NCBI GenBank assembly: GCA_963827235.1
Contig: CAWHAE010000012.1
Span: 736,001-800,000 of the forward strand
Length of the DNA stretch: 64,000 nucleotides
Source of the DNA: an uncultured bacterium
GTDB lineage: Bacteria > Chloroflexota > UBA5177 > JANWHV01
Direction of reading: 5' to 3'
Position 1 is the stretch's first letter; the number at the start of each line of letters is the position of its first letter. Both the position numbers and the translations under genes were made by a program. The notes under the pieces were generated by a model. It was not told where the DNA came from. It did no database searches and saw only the letters and a list, made by a program, of their open reading frames with translations. Shown in pieces: positions 60,186 to 64,000 of this stretch.

Positions 60186-60346
60186 TCTGCTTCACGGTGT
60201 CCGGGGCCCGCTGCGAGCCCTGGCGATCGGGACGCTACGTGGCAATGCACGGGATCTCGACTGCCGGTCGGAGTGCTACGATTCTCCGCATGGCAAGCGA
60301 TTTCCACCGCTAACCGCTGAAGGTCTTGCGCCATGTAGGGAGCTTC

Positions 60347-61354
60347 ATGATGGAATACGGAAAGCTTGGTCGATCGAATCTCACGGTCAGCAGGGTATGC
60401 CTGGGCACCATGCACTTCGGACCATACGCGTCCGAGAGCGAGGCGTTTCGGATCATGGACCGGGCGCTCGAAATAGGTATCAACTTCTGGGACACGGCAA
60501 ACGTGTACGGGGGCCAGGGCCATCGCGGGCGTTCCGAGGAGATCATCGGGAGGTGGCTTAGTCAACGACCGGGCGGCCGAGATCGGGTCGTGCTGGCCAC
60601 CAAAGTCTACAATCCGATGATTGAGGTTCAGGCGCCGAACGAGGAGCGTGGATTCTCCGCCTACAAGGTTCGCAAGCACCTGGCCGATTCGCTTCGCCGC
60701 TTGCAGACCGATCACGTCGACCTCTACCAGGTACACCACTTTGACAGGCGTGTAACGGTGGAGGAGTTCTGGGGAACGCTGCAGAAGGTGGTCGCGGACG
60801 GCGACGCTCTCTATGTCGGATCCAGCAACTTCCCCGGCTGGGGACTGGCAAAGTTCCAGATTCATGCCTGGAACCGCGGTTTCCTTGGCCTCGTATCCGA
60901 GCAAACAATGTACAACCTTGTTTGCCGGGCGCCGGAGCTGGAGGTGCTGCCGGCAGCGCTCGACCTCGGCATCGGCGTTCTGGTCTACATGCCTCTGGCG
61001 GGCGGCCTGCTCACCGGAAAGCTCAAGTCGGTCGAAGGATCGCGCACGGCGCAGGTGGAGTCCGAGTACGGCATCGCCCTGGGACCCCAGAACGACCAGT
61101 TTGGCGGCTTCTCCGCCCTGTGCAAGGACCTAGGCGAGAAGGAGCACGTCGTGGCCGTTGCCTGGACGCTCAGCCACCCCGCAGTTGCCTCGGCTATCGT
61201 CGGCGTGCGCACCGTCGAGCAGCTCGACGGCCTGGAGAGGGCGGCACAGCTGAAGCTCGATGCGGACGTGCTGGACCGTCTCGATGAGCTGTTCTCGATC
61301 AACCACGGCAGGCTGCTCAGATCGGGACCCGCCCCCGAAGCGTACGCCTGGTAG
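60347..61354 (+). CDS. Aldo/keto reductase
   Basis: LGRSNL.VSRVCLGTM, DTANVYG, LATKV, SLRRLQTDHVDLYQVH, GSSN, PLAGGLLTGK. Confidence 0.94.
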   Translation: MMEYGKLGRSNLTVSRVCLGTMHFGPYASESEAFRIMDRALEIGINFWDTANVYGGQGHRGRSEEIIGRWLSQRPGGRDRVVLATKVYNPMIEVQAPNEERGFSAYKVRKHLADSLRRLQTDHVDLYQVHHFDRRVTVEEFWGTLQKVVADGDALYVGSSNFPGWGLAKFQIHAWNRGFLGLVSEQTMYNLVCRAPELEVLPAALDLGIGVLVYMPLAGGLLTGKLKSVEGSRTAQVESEYGIALGPQNDQFGGFSALCKDLGEKEHVVAVAWTLSHPAVASAIVGVRTVEQLDGLERAAQLKLDADVLDRLDELFSINHGRLLRSGPAPEAYAW

Positions 61355-61460
61355 TGTAGCAGGTAGCCGCGCACCTCACGGCGCCCAGCGTAGGCATTCG
61401 TGCGAGGCACGGCCCGCCGTGGCGACCGGACGGCCGGAGCCATGGCAGGCCGTCGCGTCT

Positions 61461-62987
61461 CTATGCGTTGCTGCCGCGCCCCAGGTAGTGTGCCAGTGTA
61501 GCCTGCGCACCCTTTTGGTACAGCGTGCCGAGCATCTCCTCAAGCGTAGCCACGAAACGCCGGTTCTCCTTCAGGTCGCCGAAGAGGCTGCGTACGTCCA
61601 GTAGCGGGCGTGGATCGGTCTTGCCCTGCACCGCGCGCTGCCGTAGATCGTCGGCCATCTGATCCTCGAGCGGAATGGGCTGCCCTGTCTCGTCGACTCC
61701 GGAGAGGAATCGGAACCAGCCGGCCACCGACAATGTCAGCAGAGCGGCCGGCTGGCCGGTAGCAAGAGCTTGAGCCAGCGTCGGCAGCAGGAATTTCGGC
61801 ATGCGAGACGAGGCGTCGAAGCACAGGCGCAGCACCTGGTCACGAACCTTTGGGTTGGAGAAGCGCTCAATCAGGGTGCGCTTGTAGGCGGCCAGGTCGA
61901 CACCCGGCACCGGCGCGAGATGCTGCGTTACCTCCTCGTCCATGAGCCGCGCGATGAAGACGCGAAACTGGGCGTCGCTCATCAGGTCGTCGACGTACCG
62001 ATAGCCGCAGAGATAGCCGAGGTATGCCATGGCCTGGTGGCTGGCATTGAGCAGTCGCATCTTCATCAGCTCGTACGGATGGACGTCATCGACGAGCTGC
62101 ACGCCGGCCTCCTCGAGCGGCGGCCGGCCATTGCAGAAGCGGTCCTCCACGACCCACTGCCGGAACGGCTCCGCCATGACCGGCCAGGCATCGTCGATAC
62201 CGAAGCGCGCGGCGACCATTTCCCGGTCCGCCGCCGCGGTAGCAGGAGTGATCCGGTCGACCATCGAGTTCGGGAAGGCCACGTTGTCCTCAATCCACCG
62301 GGCAAGTGCGCCATCCCGTAGACTGGCGAAAGCGACCACGACTTTCCTGGCCGTGATCCCGTTATTCTCGACGTTGTCGCACGAGAGCACCGAAAATGGG
62401 GCCGTGCCGGACAGGCGACGGCGGTTCAGGGCTTCGCACAGGTAGCCAAACACGGTGGTGGGGGAGCCCGGGTTTGCCAGGTCGGCCTGAACGCCCGCGT
62501 TCGACGCATCGAACTCTCCCGTCACCTGGTTGAAGTTGTAGCCCCCTTCCGTAATAGTGAGGCTGACCACGCGGGTTCGCTCGCTCTCCAGCGTACGCAG
62601 CACCTCCTCACAGTGCTCGGGCGCGAAGAGATAGCGGGTGATCGTTCCCACGACGCGCGGGCTCTCGCGTACCGCGCTTCGCTCGACCAGCGTGTAGAGA
62701 CAATCCTGAGGGGTCAGCGCCTTCGACATGGCCTTGTCCTGCGGCAGGAGACCGACGCCGCACAGACCCCAGTCTAGAGTGACGCCGGCGCACGCCAGGT
62801 CATCGAGGTACAGCGCCTGGTGCGCCCGGTGAAATCCGCCCACGCCGATGTGCACGATTGCCGGCACGAGGCTGGCCCGGGCATAGGTGGGAGTCCGCAC
62901 GGTCGCTGGGATAGCCGCCAGACTGGCATTGTTCAGCGGGATCGCGCGTACAGGCAAAGTCGACTGATGCTCGGTGGAACGCGTCAT
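61461..62987 (-). CDS. Mannitol dehydrogenase-family oxidoreductase
   Basis: IVHIGVGGFHRAHQA, SLTITEGGY, LSCDN, FPNSMVDRITP, EPFRQWVVED, KMRLLNASH, RFSNP. Confidence 0.94.
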   Translation of the reverse strand: MTRSTEHQSTLPVRAIPLNNASLAAIPATVRTPTYARASLVPAIVHIGVGGFHRAHQALYLDDLACAGVTLDWGLCGVGLLPQDKAMSKALTPQDCLYTLVERSAVRESPRVVGTITRYLFAPEHCEEVLRTLESERTRVVSLTITEGGYNFNQVTGEFDASNAGVQADLANPGSPTTVFGYLCEALNRRRLSGTAPFSVLSCDNVENNGITARKVVVAFASLRDGALARWIEDNVAFPNSMVDRITPATAAADREMVAARFGIDDAWPVMAEPFRQWVVEDRFCNGRPPLEEAGVQLVDDVHPYELMKMRLLNASHQAMAYLGYLCGYRYVDDLMSDAQFRVFIARLMDEEVTQHLAPVPGVDLAAYKRTLIERFSNPKVRDQVLRLCFDASSRMPKFLLPTLAQALATGQPAALLTLSVAGWFRFLSGVDETGQPIPLEDQMADDLRQRAVQGKTDPRPLLDVRSLFGDLKENRRFVATLEEMLGTLYQKGAQATLAHYLGRGSNA

Positions 62988-63349
62988 GTGTTGAAGATCT
63001 CCTGTCTATCCAGTCTCGGCGCACAAAACAAAGGGTTCCGGCAGCCGAGCCCGCCCGCTCGAGCAGGCCTTGCGCCGGCACCGGAGGTCACCTCGAACAT
63101 CTTACAGACTCATGCTACAGCGGCAGTGCCGCGTGCCAAGGGTCGGTTGCTGGGTGAATTATCAGTGCCGTGACATTCTCCGCACAAGGCCGCGACGTGT
63201 TGGTCGAGGCACGTCGTTGTGCCCGCCCAAGCACACGCAGGCAGAGAATGTGGCGTCCGCGTGCAATGGCTCAGGCGCTCCCGCCGAGCGAAGGCTGTGG
63301 ACGTACAGGGCAGGTGCTCGTGCGCAAGTAGCCTGGCGTGCTTCTTCGT

Positions 63350-64000
63350 TCAGGAATCCTGCATGTTCTTGATCGTGCCGGGCTCCTCGTCGGTGGCGAT
63401 CGCCCAGTCGGTATCGGCATAGCTCACGGTCCAGATGTGATCGCGGTACGCCTGCGCTTTCCTCGCCGGATCGTAGTAATCCCTGATCTTCTCGAAGGCA
63501 TTCTGGGCGGCATCGCTCGGCCGATAGGGTACACGAGAGATGCCAAGCCGCCGCAGCTCGTTGACATCGTCGAACCCGAGGAGAGACACCTGCTCGGGTA
63601 TCTTCAGGCGGCGGTCCCTCACCACGGCTGTATAGGCTTCGAGCGTGACGTACGACGTGGTGCAGAGCAGCGCAGTAGGAGGCGGCGAGCCTTCGCGACC
63701 CGCTACGAGGGCGCTCGCGTTCATGCGTGCGTTGTGAAATCCGAACGGGCTGTTGCCAAGAGCAGAGGGATCGACGTGTTGGCCAGCGGCGCCATACACG
63801 ATCAGCCGCCGGTCCACCTCGAGACCCTGTGCCTGCATCTCGTCGACCGCGCCGCGGCAGCGCTCGCGCTGGACCTGACAATGCTCAAGATCCAGCAGTA
63901 CGCCGATGCGCTGATGCCCCGCTTCGCAGAGCTTCCGCACTGCCTTGCGACCGGCATCGTAGTGTTCCAGCGACACGATCGGAGCGTGATAGCGGAGTGC
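63350..64000 (-). CDS. LacI-type ligand-binding domain regulator, C-terminal part (gene runs off the window)
   Basis: AVRKL..AGHQRIG, ER..G, PPTALLC, KIPEQVSLLGFDD. Confidence 0.75.
   Translation of the reverse strand, partial: ALRYHAPIVSLEHYDAGRKAVRKLCEAGHQRIGVLLDLEHCQVQRERCRGAVDEMQAQGLEVDRRLIVYGAAGQHVDPSALGNSPFGFHNARMNASALVAGREGSPPPTALLCTTSYVTLEAYTAVVRDRRLKIPEQVSLLGFDDVNELRRLGISRVPYRPSDAAQNAFEKIRDYYDPARKAQAYRDHIWTVSYADTDWAIATDEEPGTIKNMQDS

Noticed and set aside
1-64000. tRNA, rRNA, tmRNA, RNase P, IS elements, integrases and prophage genes
   Set aside because: No diagnostic motifs seen by eye; a tRNAscan or cmscan run would be needed to exclude them formally

Overview
GC-rich bacterial chromosomal window with about 55 genes. 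The gene content points to a Chloroflexota-like soil bacterium (inference from a SHOCT-like protein, a J-domain/vWA protein beside a Ser/Thr kinase, Thr/Pro-rich secreted proteins and a LacI-sensor/GGDEF/EAL fusion). No rRNA, tRNA, CRISPR array, transposase or prophage was seen. Housekeeping genes include hemA, murA, mutM/fpg, an RluA-family synthase, DedA, and an ECF sigma/anti-sigma pair. Carbohydrate genes include a frameshifted GH149-type beta-1,3-glucan phosphorylase, GH1, a LacI/ABC/GH3 cluster, a lyxose isomerase and a mannitol dehydrogenase. There is also a GNAT plus OSBS/NSAR pair and several signalling genes. Several genes carry indels that look like long-read consensus errors. The most notable unexplained signals are: (1) a roughly 250-360 nt nested-helix non-coding RNA candidate at about 970-1330, on the + strand by G.U wobble polarity, with an open-bubble architecture reminiscent of 6S/Ms1; (2) a sigma28-type promoter driving a Ser/Thr/Ala-rich orphan protein, plus an orphan cheX; (3) a J-domain/57-bp-repeat/vWA protein divergent from a Ser/Thr kinase; (4) a second multi-helix leader upstream of a repeat-tailed secreted protein. 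All functional calls come from motif recognition by eye; no searches were run.
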